Part shown: piece by piece, positions 1 to 13,584 of the stretch
How positions within the stretch are numbered: the stretch's first letter is position 1
How the letters are laid out: every line of letters starts with the position of its first letter
Source: the human T2T-CHM13v2.0 reference genome, Homo sapiens
DNA length: 64,000 bases
Strand: one strand, 5' to 3'
Assembly (NCBI RefSeq): GCF_009914755.1
Contig: NC_060935.1
Program-made: the position numbers and the translations under genes
Notes under the pieces: model-generated
Told to the model about the DNA's origin: nothing
Database searches by the model: none
Seen by the model: the letters and a program-made list of their open reading frames with translations, nothing else

Positions 1-930
1 CAATAATGTAATGAGCAAAATGAATTTAAGTGTGGGAAATGGTAATGTTTCTTTTAAATGCAAAATCAAATCACCTTCAATAATATTGGAAAAAGAACTG
101 ATTCCTTGTGTACAAGGCATTCCTAGGGATTTTTTTTTTTTACCTAATTTCATATATGACATTTGAAAATGACTTATTTAATGAATAGGCAACTAAACTA
201 GAAATCAGAGTTACAGAGGCTTTGAACAGATTTTAACATACCAAATTATAGGGGACAATGCGATTTAAAGAAGTCCCTAATGGAGGGAGTGATGAAAACT
301 GCAACATCAATAAGAATGCATACCTCAAAGGTCTCCATTGATTGTTAGCTGATTATTGCCAGTTGAGAATGTGGACTCAGTATTCCTGCACTTTCTAATT
401 TTTCAAAAAAAGGCATAAATTTGAATTTTAATGTGTGATATGAGTTTTACATTTTTCATCCAGGTTTGAAAGAATAAATTCATACCATACAAAACACATC
501 TATGGATTGATATGACCCATGGGATCAATTTGTCACAGACCTGGTTTAGGGCCACTGGAAAGTCTAGAAGATACCTAATACTCCAAATTTTATAGGTCAA
601 TAGATCAATTGCTCTGCTCCTTATCCTAACTGCACTCTTCCCCCATTTTTCATTCACTGTAATTATATGGCACTTACTGGTACCTAATCCCCAGAATTTA
701 TTCAGTGTTTTGTGTTTTCAGCAAAGTATGAATGTGGGTATTTCTAGTAATTAGTTCATTTCTACCAGAAGGAGAACACTTGCTTCTCAAGTGAGTGGAA
801 CATCAGCATCCTACCTTACTGTTAGAAGGCATCATCAGCCACCATAAATATTTCCATTTCTGAAACAAATGATATGTTTGTAGGATGTACTCATTCAAAA
901 GGTTTAAGATTGAAATGTCTTATTTGTTAC

Positions 931-1163
931 CTGAACTGTGCATTGTCCAGACAACAACTATGGATTAATTGTCATAGGTGTACTGATGATGATTAAATTT
1001 TATGGCAGTTTGTTGAAAGAACATGACAGTTGGACCCAAGATCTTCCCCGCTCCAGCCTCACTCTGATTCACAACCAGACAAAGCAAAGGAGACCGGGGA
1101 AGTCCAGGTAGACAGAGTCAATGGAAAGCATAAGGAGCTGCTGGCAGGCTCTTGGGGCATCAC
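931..1163 (-). other. Candidate spliced exon (lncRNA or 5'UTR), 233 nt
   Basis: On the - strand, acceptor TTTTCTTTCTTTACCTCTCCAG|GTGATG at 1163 and donor TTCAG|GTAACA at 931. Non-repetitive and GC-richer than flanks; stops in all three frames. Confidence 0.45.
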
Positions 1164-1397
1164 CTGGAGAGGTAAAGAAAGAAAAGCCCAGAATACCCTC
1201 TTCATAACAATAACAGAGCATCTTGGTAGCTGCAGTCCAACTGAGAAAGGAGTGCTCATCATTCATTTTTGTTATTCAGCATATAAGAAAAGATGCAGAG
1301 AATAAATACAGGTACAGCAGACCTAAAAAAATTTGTGATTAAAGAGAGTGAAAACAGACTCCCTATGTAATGTGGAGAGCATCAAAATTAAGAGTAG

Positions 1398-1852
1398 CTT
1401 GTGTTTCCTGTGGCTGCTGTTAACATATTATAATACACCTGGTGTCTTAAAACAAGAGATTTATTCTCTCACAGTTCTGGAGTCTGGAAGTCTGAAATCA
1501 AGGTGTCAGCAGGGCTATGATCCCTCCAAGAGGCTCTAGGGAAAAATACTTCCTTACATCTTTCAGCTTCAGATGGCTCCAGGTAATCCTTGGCTTGTGG
1601 CCCCATTACTCTGATTTCTGCCACTGTGGTCACATTGTCTGCTTCTCTTCTCTGTGTGTCTCCTATAAGGACAATTGCTATGGGATTTGGGGCCCACTAA
1701 ATAATCCAATATTACCTCCTCATTTCAATATGCTTAACTTAATTATATCTGTAAAGACACTTTTTCCAAATAAGGTAACATTCACAGGTTCTGGGGATTT
1801 GGACACGGACTTATAAATTTATGTCAGGGGGCATCATTTAGCTGACAAAACA
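1398..1852 (-). mobile_element. MaLR solo LTR, MLT1B/MLT1C-like
   Basis: Reverse-complement MLT1 hallmarks: TTTATTCTCTCACAGTTCTGGAG...AAATCAAGGTGTCAGCAGGGC and TTTCCAAATAAGGTAACATTCACAGGTTCTGGGG. Confidence 0.85.
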
Positions 1853-2182
1853 TTGATTGATCAAGAAAGCCTAAAAAATCTTAATTTAATGCGATTATGT
1901 AATAAAGAGTTCTAATTCTTCTTTTCTCTACAATATAAGCCTTACTTATACACTGGACTAGATACATGTCTATATAATTCTCATTCTCATATAGAAAAGA
2001 TGCCCTGATATTCAAAGTGTACAAAACACACATATACAATAACTTCTAAATACTGAATTTTTCTCTAGAAAAAAAATTGAATTGAAGGTCTCAAAGGATT
2101 AAAACCCTGGATGGAGTTAGGAGGGAATTATAAAAAATTAAGAAGCGAATACCACTTCATTTCAAACAAGGTGTTTTTTACT

Positions 2183-2500
2183 TCAGAAGGCTGAGGCTGG
2201 AGGATCTCTTGAGACCAGGAGGTGGAGACCAGCCTGGGCAACATAGTGAGAACTTGTCTTTACCAAAGAATGAATGAATGAATGAATGAATGAATAAATA
2301 AATAACCGGTGGTGGTGGTGCACACCTATGCTCCAGCTACTCTGAAGGCTAAGGTGGGAAGATCTCTGGGGCTAGGAATTGGAGGTTACAGTGAGCAGTG
2401 ATTGTGCCACCACACTCCAGCCTGAGTGACAGAACAAGACTCTGTCTTAAACACATATACACACAGCAAAAAAAAACAAAAAACAAAAAACAAAAAAACA
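2183..2500 (+). mobile_element. AluJ-like, 5' truncated, with (GAAT)n microsatellite in the middle linker
   Basis: GGCTGAGG...GAGACCAGCCTGGGCAACATAGTGAG left arm; right arm ending CACTCCAGCCTGAGTGACAGAACAAGACTCTGTCT; A-rich tail; (GAAT)n at ~2267-2296. Confidence 0.9.
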
Positions 2501-3029
2501 GATTCTGACTACACAACAGAAAAATAGTCAATCAAATATTTATCTGGAATTTCAATGAGACCCATACAACTTTATGAATTCTACTTTGAAAGTCGATTTC
2601 AAGCTGGCCTCATACTTAACAGTATTCCAAACAAAGCTTGAGATGGATGCTCTTTTAGCATTATGTATATGTTGCAAATATCTCCCTTTGCCTACCAAGA
2701 TAAGAATAAATTTCCCTAGCATACCTGATGGTATTATACCATATCAGTTGTCATCTCTTAATTGTACAATTAGATTTATTACTATAGTTTATCATTTAGA
2801 TTTACTCATGACTCCCTTCATTTCATGCAAAAAGAGTTGCAAATAATTCATCTCTGGGCATTTTGAAGAAATGTGGTAATTTTGTATTCAGGAAACAGAC
2901 CCTAGGCTAACAACTACATTTCAATTAATTATCAAATCAATGTTTAATGGGCAACTCACCCCGGTTCTGTGTTCTAAGAGCTGAGGGGAAAAAGCTAATA
3001 TAGAACTACTCTACTACTTGACAGAAATT

Positions 3030-3180
3030 GTACTTAACATTACACAAATGTTGCATCAATCCATGCCTACAGCAATTCTAAAAGTTGGAGACAATAGTCC
3101 ACATTTTACTGATGAGGAAATGGGCAAATGACCTTGCCTTATACAGCTGCGGGCAGAGGTTTTGCGATTCTGAAGCTAAA
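3030..3180 (-). mobile_element. MIR fragment
   Basis: CCACATTTTACTGATGAGGAAATGGGC...GACCTTGCC matches the MIR core in reverse. Confidence 0.55.
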
Positions 3181-4756
3181 GCTATATGGAATAGCCAGAA
3201 AAGATTTCAAGAGGAAGACTTGAGGTTGCCTTAAAATACTACAAACAAGAAGACTTTCCTTGAAATAAGAAGGCAGAGAAATGGAAGAACTAGGCTAAAG
3301 AAGAGAGTATGCATGGTGAATAAGGTAGCATGAGTGAAGATTAGAGCAGGTCTTTTTGTCAAGATAAGTGGTCTGGACTGGGTTGCAGAAGATCTGAGAT
3401 ACATTCTGGTTCTTGAGGGACCACCATTTTTACTATAATTCTAGATAGGACTTTGCTATGTTGCATTTGATGAAATAGTATGTGCCTGGCACATGCATGG
3501 CTAGAAGGATTCTCTTAGTTCATGATTCAACAGCTGTTAATTTTCACTTTCACATTCTGGATAAGATGGGTAATTATATTCAGCTGTCTGAAGCCATCCT
3601 GCTACTGCTTTCTCACAGACTTGTGACTCTTCCTTTGTTCTCAGGAACAGGGTTGCACTGTGAGCTGTGAAATGCATCCAGCTGTCCAGTGCCTGGCAGA
3701 AGCTTGTTCATCATCTGCCTCCCTACTCTGGATCTAGATGGTTCAATTACACTGCTTTTCAATGGAGAGATTTATCTTTCTAGTCGCTTTACATAGCAGT
3801 CTTAGAAAATATGAGAAATCACTCCGACTCCATAATGGACATAACTACTAAAAATGTCCACAGTTTAGAGCATGAAAAAATTATATATTATAAAAAAGAC
3901 AAAATTTAGGAGTGAATCTACAGAACTAGGATAAAGAAAAAGGGCCTTACTGGCCTTTGTGAACAGCCCACGTAATGTGAAATAGCAAAAGTGAGGAACA
4001 GACAGTATGCAGTGGCTTCAAGCTAGTAAAACAAACCCCTGTATTTAGCTCAAGCTTTGGAGCACAACACCAAAAGATGGTTGGATTTATGGAGACTGTC
4101 CTGAGAACTTCCTGTCTAAGCACCTGCGCATTTCTTTTTCAATGAACTTTCTTCAATGTGAAGAAACCAACTGCCTATGGATCATGCTTATTTCTTCAAT
4201 GACTTACTAACTTATCTTTATGCTAGATATTGAATGCTTATTTTACTGAGCATTTCTTTTTGACAATGTTATTTAAGAGCACCAAGGTACAGAAAACAAT
4301 TTTCCAGGCATTTGGAGGAATGACATTCTTTCCATATGAAAGGATACAATACACAGCATTGCACTGATTTAATACAACACATTTCCATTAAAAAAAAAAA
4401 GCAACTCTGAAGGCTAGGGATTCATGTTGCTAATTTTTAGGACAAAGACTCTATAAGCTACTTTGAAAGATCTCTGTGAAGCAGCATATGAACAGTGACT
4501 GATTGTGGTATCAATGCAATTGGAAGCAGACTCGCTCAACAGTCCTGGAGATCTAGGAGCATCGTCAGGGGCAGTCAGCAGGTCTGTAGGAGGTTGGGGG
4601 TCCTCAATCTCAGAAATGAATAAATGACATTGGTTGTGATTTGACTGTTGGTGCTGAGTTAACTGTTTTGCACAGTTTTAATGTAATAGGTGTGTAATAG
4701 GAGAGTTTGGAGCATGGGATGAGGTCACAGGATATTATTTTGATGCCACAGTGTGG

Positions 4757-4806
4757 CATATGAATAAAGCCACTTGTACCATATGAATAAAGTCACATGT
4801 ACCATA
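4757..4806. repeat. 23-bp tandem duplication
   Basis: CATATGAATAAAGCCACTTGTAC / CATATGAATAAAGTCACATGTAC / CATA. Confidence 0.9.
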
Positions 4807-4849
4807 GAGGCTGGAGAATACAGTGGCAAGGGGAAGAAGAATGAGAACA

Positions 4850-5290
4850 AACTTAAAGTGGAAAGAGCACAAGTCTTGGAGCCAGACAGACCTGGGTTTG
4901 AATCTCAGTTACATTACCTCTTAGTTGGGTCAACTGTGAACAAGTTACTAACCTGCTAGAGTGTCAAAATTTTTGTTTATTAAAACAAGCAGTAAAAACT
5001 ATGTATCTTGAGGGGCTTTTACAAAATTAAGAGATACTTTATGAAATGAGAATAGTAGGCACTGGCGACTCCAATGGAGGGAAGGAGAGAGGCAAGGGCT
5101 GAAAAGCTTCCCATTGGGCACTATGTTCACTATCTGAGTAACCAGATCAATAGAAGCCCCAAACCTCAGCACTATGCAATACATCTTTATCAAAAACCTG
5201 CACATGTACCATTTTTTAAAATGGAATTTTTTTAAAAAGAGATACTTTATTAAGTACATAAGCCTTACAGATGCTAAATGAATGGGTTAT
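4850..5290 (+). mobile_element. MIR split by a short L1 insertion
   Basis: GGAGCCAGACAGACCTGGGTTTGAATCTCAG...CAAGTTACTAACC; resumes after 5250. Confidence 0.7.
5043..5236 (+). mobile_element. Very short L1 3' end (L1PA15/16-like) with 14-bp TSD
   Basis: L1 3'UTR text CCCATTGGGCACTATGTTCACTATCTG...AAACCTGCACATGTACC; TSD AAGAGATACTTTAT at 5029-5042 and 5237-5250. Confidence 0.85.
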
Positions 5291-5916
5291 TATTAGGAGT
5301 CTTTTTTGATGTTTTTACCTCTTAAGATGCTCTACTCCCTCTTGTCTCATTTCCTAAAGCAGCTACATAAGTAGCTGGCAAAGGATTGGGCTCTGCTCTT
5401 CTTCAGAATCCAAAATATCTTAATATCTTAGCTGTATTGATGAGCCATCAAACAAACACATATCTTATGCTTTTGTTTCCCTCCAAGGAGATGAATGAGC
5501 AACATATGAGGGCACTTAGGGTGTGGCAGGTAGTTTTAAAAAGATAAAAGAACTTCTAACAAGCTGGGTAAATTATGTAATTGTTCAGCACTTGAATTCT
5601 GCTGTCAGGCTGTATAGGCAAGTGGAATGATGATAAAAAGTTATGTTATAGGTACGTAGTTGCATGCAAGTAGGTAATTATTATCTACTGGCTAAAAGAC
5701 TGAAATTCAGTGGCAAATACAAGTCAGGTAATTTGAAGTCATTTGCTCTAATAAATAAAATATTAGGTGGCTAAAAAGGCTGGGTATTGTTTCCCTTGGA
5801 AAACCTGCAAGAGAAGAAACACTTTACCATAAAATGTACATGCAGAATACCCTATTCCTCTGCAGAGTTAAGAAATGGAGGGAATGTCTGGATAAACAAT
5901 ATATTTGGTGGCATTA

Positions 5917-6925
5917 TTAAAATAATAAAAGGCAAATAACTTGATTTAAAAATGGGCAGAGGACCTGAACAGACATTTCTCCAAAGAATACATAAAAATG
6001 GCCAACAGATATATGTAAAAGTGATCAATATCACTAATCATAGGTAAATACAAATTAAAACCACTCTGAAATATCACCTCACACCCATCTGAATGACTAT
6101 TACATACAAGATAAGAGTTAACAAATGTTGGCAAGGGAGTGGAGAAAACAGAAAGTTAGTATATGGTTGGTAGGAATGTAGACTAGCACAGAATTATGGA
6201 AAATAGTATGCAGTTACTTAAAGAAATTAAAAATAGAACTACTAAATGACTCAGCAGTCCTACTTCTGGATTTATATCCAAAGGATATAAAAATCATTAT
6301 TTTGTAAAGGTATCTGCACTTCCATGCTCACAGCAGCATTTTCACAATAGTCAAGATATGAAAACAACCTAAGTGCCCATCAATAGATGAATGAATAAAG
6401 AAAATATAATATATATTTAGGTATTATATATATATTATATAATAAAATATTATTCAGCCTTAAAAAAAGCAGATCTTGCCATTTGCCACAACATGAGTGG
6501 ACCTAGAGGACATTGTGTTAAGTGAAATAAACTAGATATAGAAGAAATATATTGCATGATCTCACTTATATGTGGAATGTGTTTTAAAGAAGATCGAATA
6601 CACACAAATCATAAAACAGTGGTTACGAAGTGGGGGTGGGCATGAAATGGGGAGATGTAAGTCAAAGGAAACAAACAGATATGTAGAGTGAACAGGTCTA
6701 GAGATCTAATGTGCAACATGAGAACTATGGTTAAAAAATTGTATTACATTAGAAATTTTTGTTAGATAAGTAGATTTTAGCTGCTCTTGTCACCAAAAAA
6801 CTGTGTGAGATGATGGATTTGTTAATCTGCTTCAATATAGTAACCATTTTGCAATCTATATGTATTCTATAACATCATGTTGTAAACCTCCACTATACAC
6901 AATAAAATTCACTTAAAAAAAGAGA
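5917..6925 (+). mobile_element. L1MA-type 3' fragment (ORF2 end and 3'UTR)
   Basis: AAAATGGGCAGAGGACCTGAACAGACATTTCTCCAAAG, AAACAACCTAAGTGCCCATCAATAGATGAATG; L1MA-type 3'UTR ending AATAAAA and A tail. Confidence 0.88.
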
Positions 6926-7564
6926 GGGAGACAAAACGAACTTTTCAAACCATAGAGAAGACTTGGAGTAGAGTGGCTCACATGTCCCCTTCTTGCATGG
7001 CTTCCCCAAATCTACAACTGGTCCCAGCCATGTGAGCTGTCAAGTGGTCTTTTTTGTAGTTGCCCAGTCAAGACAAATCAATCAGTATTTACTCACTGCC
7101 CATGACTGAACTATATCTCATAGAAATACTAAAAAAAAAACAAATCCGGGTGTTCAGAATGAAATCTTACTAAAAAAGATCCCTGTGAGTGACTGAAACA
7201 GGTGGGCCATCTCTTCTTCACCCGGATACTAACACTTACTGTCTTATGCCGAAGAATAGACAAATGATTCTTCTGCCTATTCCCAGGGAAGGGAAACATC
7301 AAGAATCCAATTAGATAAAGTATAGACATTATAATTTGATTTTTAGGGAGAGGAAGGAACTAACATAACATTAAAACAGCAGGTATGAGATGCTGCAATT
7401 ATCTTTTCCAGATACAATTATCTAGATGATTTATACCAAAACCAATGTAGAATAAAAACAAAAACAATTGCTTAAATTATATATATTATAAGAAAAAAAT
7501 TCTAGAATGAATCTCTCAGGTTAAATTATATAGCATACATGTTGAACTGGTTTCAGGACAAAAG

Positions 7565-8270
7565 TATTTCTTATGCACCCACTGTGTGTCAGTCAGGGAA
7601 GAGAATACCAAATACCAAATACCACATGTTCTCACTTGTAAGTGGGAGCTAAATGATGAGAATGCATGGACACATAGAGGGGAACATACACAGGGGCCTT
7701 TCAGAGAAGGGAGGGGATCAGAAAAAATAACGAATGGGTATTAGTCTTCATACCTAGGTGATCAAATAATCTGTACCACAAATCCCCATGACACAAGTTT
7801 ACTTGTGTAACAAATCTGCAATTATACCCCTAAACTTAAAAGTTAAAAAATGAGAATGAAATAATACTAGTCCTTGTCCTTGAGGAGCTTAACATTTATA
7901 AGGGGTTATAGACTATGAATTTTAGGATAATGTGTTAAAATTTGTGATAGAGTTCACTATAAGATGCTAAGAAAGTAAAAAGGAAAAGCACGTGACCCAC
8001 ACTTTGAAGGGAAAAGTTGTTAGAGAAAGCCTCAGGAGGCCTAAATTGAGATGGAAATATTTAAAGGAAGGCTGTGGTAAATAGTGTTCCAGAAAATGAG
8101 AAAAGCTTAAGAAATTCATGGAGGAGTGATACGGTATGATGCCTGTAGGTAATTTCATACTGATATCCTGGTGAAATAAGAGCTAGGGGAAAATAGTAAG
8201 AAGTAGTTTAATGAGGGAGTTGGGGCCAAGTTTTAAAGGGTCCTGTAGGGCAAAGCATGAAACAATGAAA
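7565..8270 (-). mobile_element. L2 remnant interrupted by L1PA fragment
   Basis: GTCCTTGTCCTTGAGGAGCTTAACATT...TAGAGAAAGCCTCAGGAGG, typical L2 reverse text. Confidence 0.6.
7605..7850 (+). mobile_element. L1PA 3'UTR fragment (older L1PA, ~PA10-13)
   Basis: CACATGTTCTCACTTGTAAGTGGGAGCTAAATGATGAGAA...CCCCATGACACAAGTTTAC...AAACTTAAAAGTTAAAAAA. Confidence 0.88.
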
Positions 8271-9169
8271 TAATGAGCAGAGAAAATATTTTGATAATCC
8301 AATTCTGAAGTTAAACATAGGAAAAAAATATTTCAGCATTGACAACTCCTGATCCTTTAGCACCTGCCACAGAGGTTTTAGAAACTCTGCAATTTTGTGT
8401 TAGGTCTTCTGGAATAAAGGAACCAAGACATCTACAGAGCGGCGAGTCAAATATACTTGGAGAAATAGCAGCATTATTGGGGGTGGGGCAGGGGTGGCAC
8501 AGAGAACAGGTGATCCCAGAAAAAACATTGACCAAGAACTTCTCTGATTACAATCCTTACGATACATTTTTCCTACATTGGCTTCTATCCTCCTGTTCTT
8601 GCTACTTTTGGTTTTGAAAGCTATTAAGGCTGCAATAGAATGGTGTCAGTGAATTTAGAGGGTGTATCTTTAAGGGAGTGGAATAACTGGAAAAAAGAGC
8701 AAAAGTTTAAATATCCAAAAAAAGTGTGAGTAGATTGGGTGCATATAATCCTCTTTCCAGTCTCCCTCTGAGGATTAAGAAAAAGAGTGAATTGTATGAA
8801 ATAATTGGACTCTTAACATAGTCTCTGTGGACAGGGAATTCATCCATTTATTTCACCTTTAATGTGTAAGTTTTAGGCATTCGTTTATTCATTCATTCTT
8901 TTCTGCACTGTTCTATTCATTCATATAATTATTTAATTTACTCATCCATATCTTCATCTATCAGTTCAGTAGAAGTTCCTTACTTTAGAAGATAACTTTT
9001 AAGTCTGTAAACAGCTTAAATAACCCTAGAATGGTCAAGAAAATTCTAAGTATTACCAAGACACTAAAGAAGTAGAGGGGTTATTAGAACACTTGTTACT
9101 TTCTGTGACCTAGGCATTACTGATAATTTCCTTTATGATAGTTATAATTTCCTTAATGTGCAGAATAAG

Positions 9170-9350
9170 CATATGACAATGTTACTATTTTAAATACCAT
9201 TCTTCTAATGAGGAAACTGAAGCAGAGAGTTTAACTATTGATAATTTCCCTAGGGTTGCAGAGTTCTTAAGAGGCAGGGCTGGGATTTGACCCTGCTGGT
9301 GAGTTAACCTCCAACTCCCCAACTGAGCTAATCATGCATTTACTGTTTGT
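9170..9350 (-). mobile_element. MIR fragment
   Basis: AATGAGGAAACTGAAGCAGAGAG...GGCAGGGCTGGGATTTGACCC. Confidence 0.7.
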
Positions 9351-9454
9351 ACTAGAATATAATTTTTAAATTATGGGGTTTTTTTTTTCTGTTCACCTGT
9401 TTGTTTACTAAGTTACTCAACTACACTTCTGCCTTTTATTCTCATCACTGAATG

Positions 9455-9810
9455 TTTGGGGTTGGGTCTAGTGAGAAAAAACAGAACAATGTTAGATATA
9501 ATCAAGCAGAGGGAATTTAATACAAGGGATTAGTACCACACGTGTTGGAAGAGCTCTGATGCTAAACAGAAGGAGCTAATCCAGAGATAAGCTGCAGCTG
9601 GAAGTCTTGAGAGGAATGACAAGGAGGTAGTGCTATCAAAGCACAGAAACCAGAGTCATGGCCAAGGCTGAAGCAGGGTGGGAGCTCGAGCCACAGGGGA
9701 AGCACAACCATTATTAAGAACATTGCTCAAGGCAGAGGGACAATAATTTCTACCCTCCCTCTACTTTTCAATCTTCTACTAACTTCTCCCTTTATTTCAA
9801 CCTTCCTAGG
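9455..9810 (-). mobile_element. Ancient ERVL-class LTR fragment (LTR33-like)
   Basis: GGGTCTAGTGAGAAAAAACAGAAC...AAGCAGAGGGAATTTAATACAAGGGATTAG resembles the reverse of an LTR33-type 3' end. Confidence 0.5.
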
Positions 9811-10127
9811 AGCCAGGAGAAAAAGCATTCTTGGAAAATTCAAGGACTGGTTTTACAAATAGCTCATAGGCCAGTTTGCCCCAGAAGCTCATTCTCTATT
9901 TGATTGATCTGCAATTCCATTTTCTATTCTTAGACTGATTTGTAATTAAACTGCAGATATTGCCCACAACTCCTAAAAATCAAACATCTATTTTAGGAGA
10001 TCTGATTGGCAACAGAATACAGATATGCATACTCTTGAAAGAGATAGGATCACCTGTCCCTTGGATAACAGCTGGTAACATGTGGCATTGATGTAAGTTA
10101 AAAAAAAGAGAAAAGGGAAATGGTAGC

Positions 10128-10484
10128 TGTTAAGGTCTGAATGTTTGTTTCCCCATAAAATTCATATGTTGAAGCCCTAACCCCCAAGGTGATGGGATTA
10201 GGGGATGGGGCCTTTTGAGAGGTCAGTAGGCCAAGAGAGCAGAGACCTCATAAATTGGATAGCGTCCTATAGTCCTTATAAAATACGCTCAAGAGAGCTT
10301 GTTTGCCCCTTCCACCAAATGAGAACACAACAAGAAGGTGCCACCCATGAACCAGGAACTCACTGGACACTGAGTTGGCCAGTGCCCTGATTTTGGACTT
10401 CCCAGATTCCACATCTGTGAGAAATGTCTGTGGTTGATAAGCCACTGAGTTTATGATATTTTCTTATAGAAGCTCTAATGGACA
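10128..10484 (+). mobile_element. MaLR solo LTR, MLT1A-like
   Basis: TG start, AAAATTCATATGTTGAAGCCCTAACCCCCAAGGTGATGG, GGACTTCCCAG...TGTGAGAAAT, ATAAGCCAC. Confidence 0.88.
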
Positions 10485-11984
10485 AAGTACCTTTGTTAGA
10501 ACTTAATGACCTAAGGAAGTTAAATCTCACTTTTAATACCACAGTTAGATACTCTGTGTCCATAAGGTCTTTATGTATTTTCCCTCAATAACTTCTAAAT
10601 TAGACTCCCCCGAAGCATCATTATTTATTGTAGAATTGATTTGTTTTATCTTATTGAAAAAAAGACAATCCATGCAACATTTCAGTTAAGCATATATTTA
10701 GTAAGAAAACTATGGCACACAGTAAGAGTGAGAAGTGTCTGTTATTGGATGATTGATGATTTATTTACATATTTAGACACAGGGTTTGCTACCACTTCAA
10801 CAATTTCTGCCGTATTTCAAAGACCCCAGAATGTCTAAGATAATATTCCCATAAAGGGAACCCATCTTATCCCTGAAAAAAAAAATAGTATTTGGCTACT
10901 TTTACACTTTTGATTGTCACCTTTGGTGTTGCCACGAATTGCCTCAATTCAAAAAATCTGCATGAAGTAGACTTCCTACCCAATTTCCTCATTAGCATTG
11001 CATTACCCTGGACCATGACCTGATGTTGTCCTTTCTCATTTTACTTTCAGGACCTTTCAATTCTAGTTGTGTTCATCTAAACTGTTATAGATCAGCCTTT
11101 CTTTAATGGCTCTGAGTTCACTAGGGTCTTCTCCAGTGCAGCTGGTCATAAGCTTCTCTGAAGGATATCACACTTATTTAAGAATATAGGCTATCTCTGA
11201 AGACAACTTTGAGCTCAAGCCTCAGCAGTAATTTGTTCCAGTAAATCCTTCTGACACCTTTAGCATGACATCTTTTTCCCTTTCATTCAAAATTTGCTGA
11301 GCAATTGCTGCATCTCTACATTTCCTTTTGCCTGTCTAGAAAGCTTGAGGACATTTGACATAATTGAATAATGGAATGACAAAAATCTTACATGGCAAAT
11401 TGGATTAATTTCTAAACTTTCTTTTCTCCCTCAGTTTCCTCAGACTGGTTTTCTTTCTATAAAAACCCATAGTTTCTGTCATTGTAAAAGTCTTGCTTGA
11501 AAGAAATACCTTATATCAGTGAAACTATGTTATAGGTATCTGTAATAATTGGACATATCTCTTCTGTGCCTTATTTTAGAAGCAACAGAGATAACAAAGA
11601 AATTAAGAAAATAGAGATTTTTTAAAAAGTTATATTATTATAGATAGAGCGATGTAGAGAATGCGACTTGGGCGTGCAGCAACAGTGGACTTCATAAAAT
11701 AGATCTCCAGAATTAAATAGATTTATCCACCTAGCATTGGACAATAGCAGCTCTCCTCCTACAAAAGTAGTGCCTGCCACTGTGAAATGTAACACATAGA
11801 GGAGGAGGGTAAGAGGCACATCCTCTGTGGGAAGACCAATGTCAAAATTCAAGGAGGAGAGAAGGAGCTGAGTTCTGCAAGCACCCAGCTTTTTTTCTGT
11901 ATTGGCTAATAATAAGTAATTTATTCTTTCTTGGGAGGTAGCAGGTAAATGGGAAGAAATAATTCAGGTTCCTCCACCAAAAAA

Positions 11985-12150
11985 TAAAAAGCAAAAATAA
12001 AAATAACATGCCTGTGGTCCTAGCTACCCAGGAGGCTGAGGTGGGAGCATCCCTTGAGCCCATGAGTTCAAGGGTACAGTGAATATGATTGCACCACTGT
12101 GCTCCAGTCTGAATGACAGAGCCAGGCCAGGAAAAAAAAAAAAAAAAAGA
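11985..12150 (+). mobile_element. Alu right monomer (AluJ/FRAM-like)
   Basis: GCCTGTGGTCCTAGCTACCCAGGAGGCTGAGGTGGGAG...CCCTTGAGCCC, poly(A) tail. Confidence 0.85.
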
Positions 12151-12479
12151 GTAGAGACACGTGTTCTCTATCAGTCACCTCCTGTTCAATTTACAACTTA
12201 ATCTTTCCTGTTGTTCTCCCTTTCTTTCCTTTTGGTTTTACACTTTTTTCCCCTAATTTTGTTTAATTCAGACAGCAACTATTGATTGAATACCTGCTTT
12301 AAGCAGGTTTCTTCAGGGGTCCTCTTATTTTCCAGTTCTTGTTCCATTCTTATCCATCCTCTAGGCCTACCAGTGGCCTACATGGGCACTGCTGAATTTA
12401 TTGGAAGAAAACAATGACAGTAAGGGTCCTACATATACATTTGCTGAGTTCTCTTTTGAGCATTATATTTAAATAATTG

Positions 12480-12860
12480 GTTTAATAATTTAACCCATAT
12501 TTATTGGGCACTGTAGTAATATGTGATATTCTTCTAAGTGCTAAGGATAGCACAGTAAGCAAGACCAGTTCTTACCTCTAGATGGTTACCTTTCAGGAAA
12601 ATTAACAAAATAAACAAATAGATATATAATGTAATCTCAGGTATAAATAAGTGCATTCAGGAAAATAACACAGAGTAAAGGGAGATGAGAGAGGAGATGT
12701 ATCTTTGGATGGGATGGTAAGGGATGATCTTTCTAAGGTGACCATCTTTAAGGAGAGGCCAGAGTGAAGTGAGGTAGTCAGTCATGCAAATGTGTGAGGG
12801 AAGAACATTTAAATTAGATGCAGCAACAAGCACAAAAGGCTTAGGTTAGACAAAAAAATG
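12480..12860 (-). mobile_element. L2 remnant
   Basis: ATATTTATTGGGCAC...TTCTAAGTGCTAAGGATAGCACAGTAAGCAAGAC...GCAGCAACAAGCACAAAAGGC. Confidence 0.7.
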
Positions 12861-13058
12861 ACCTAAATGAAGGGCGTTTTTAAAACATCATTCCCCAAAA
12901 CATCTAACCCAAAACCTCACATTGCATATTTTTTTAAGAACACACAAGGTATTTATGAAAATAGACCATAGTCTGATATGTAAATCGAGTGACAACAGGT
13001 TTTGAAAAGATTAGATGCATACATGGTATATCATCTGAACACCATGTAATTAAATTAA

Positions 13059-13494
<436 letters not shown>

Positions 13495-13584
13495 TTAAGA
13501 TTTGTGGGATGTAGCAATTGTAGTAGAGAAAAAATTGTAACCACACTTTTATACATTAAAAGGAAAAATACTAAATTTAACAAG

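Noticed and set aside
7240-7276. Possible 37-nt minus-strand exon (donor ACA|GTAAGT)
   Set aside because: Weak acceptor and exonic donor context; expected by chance.
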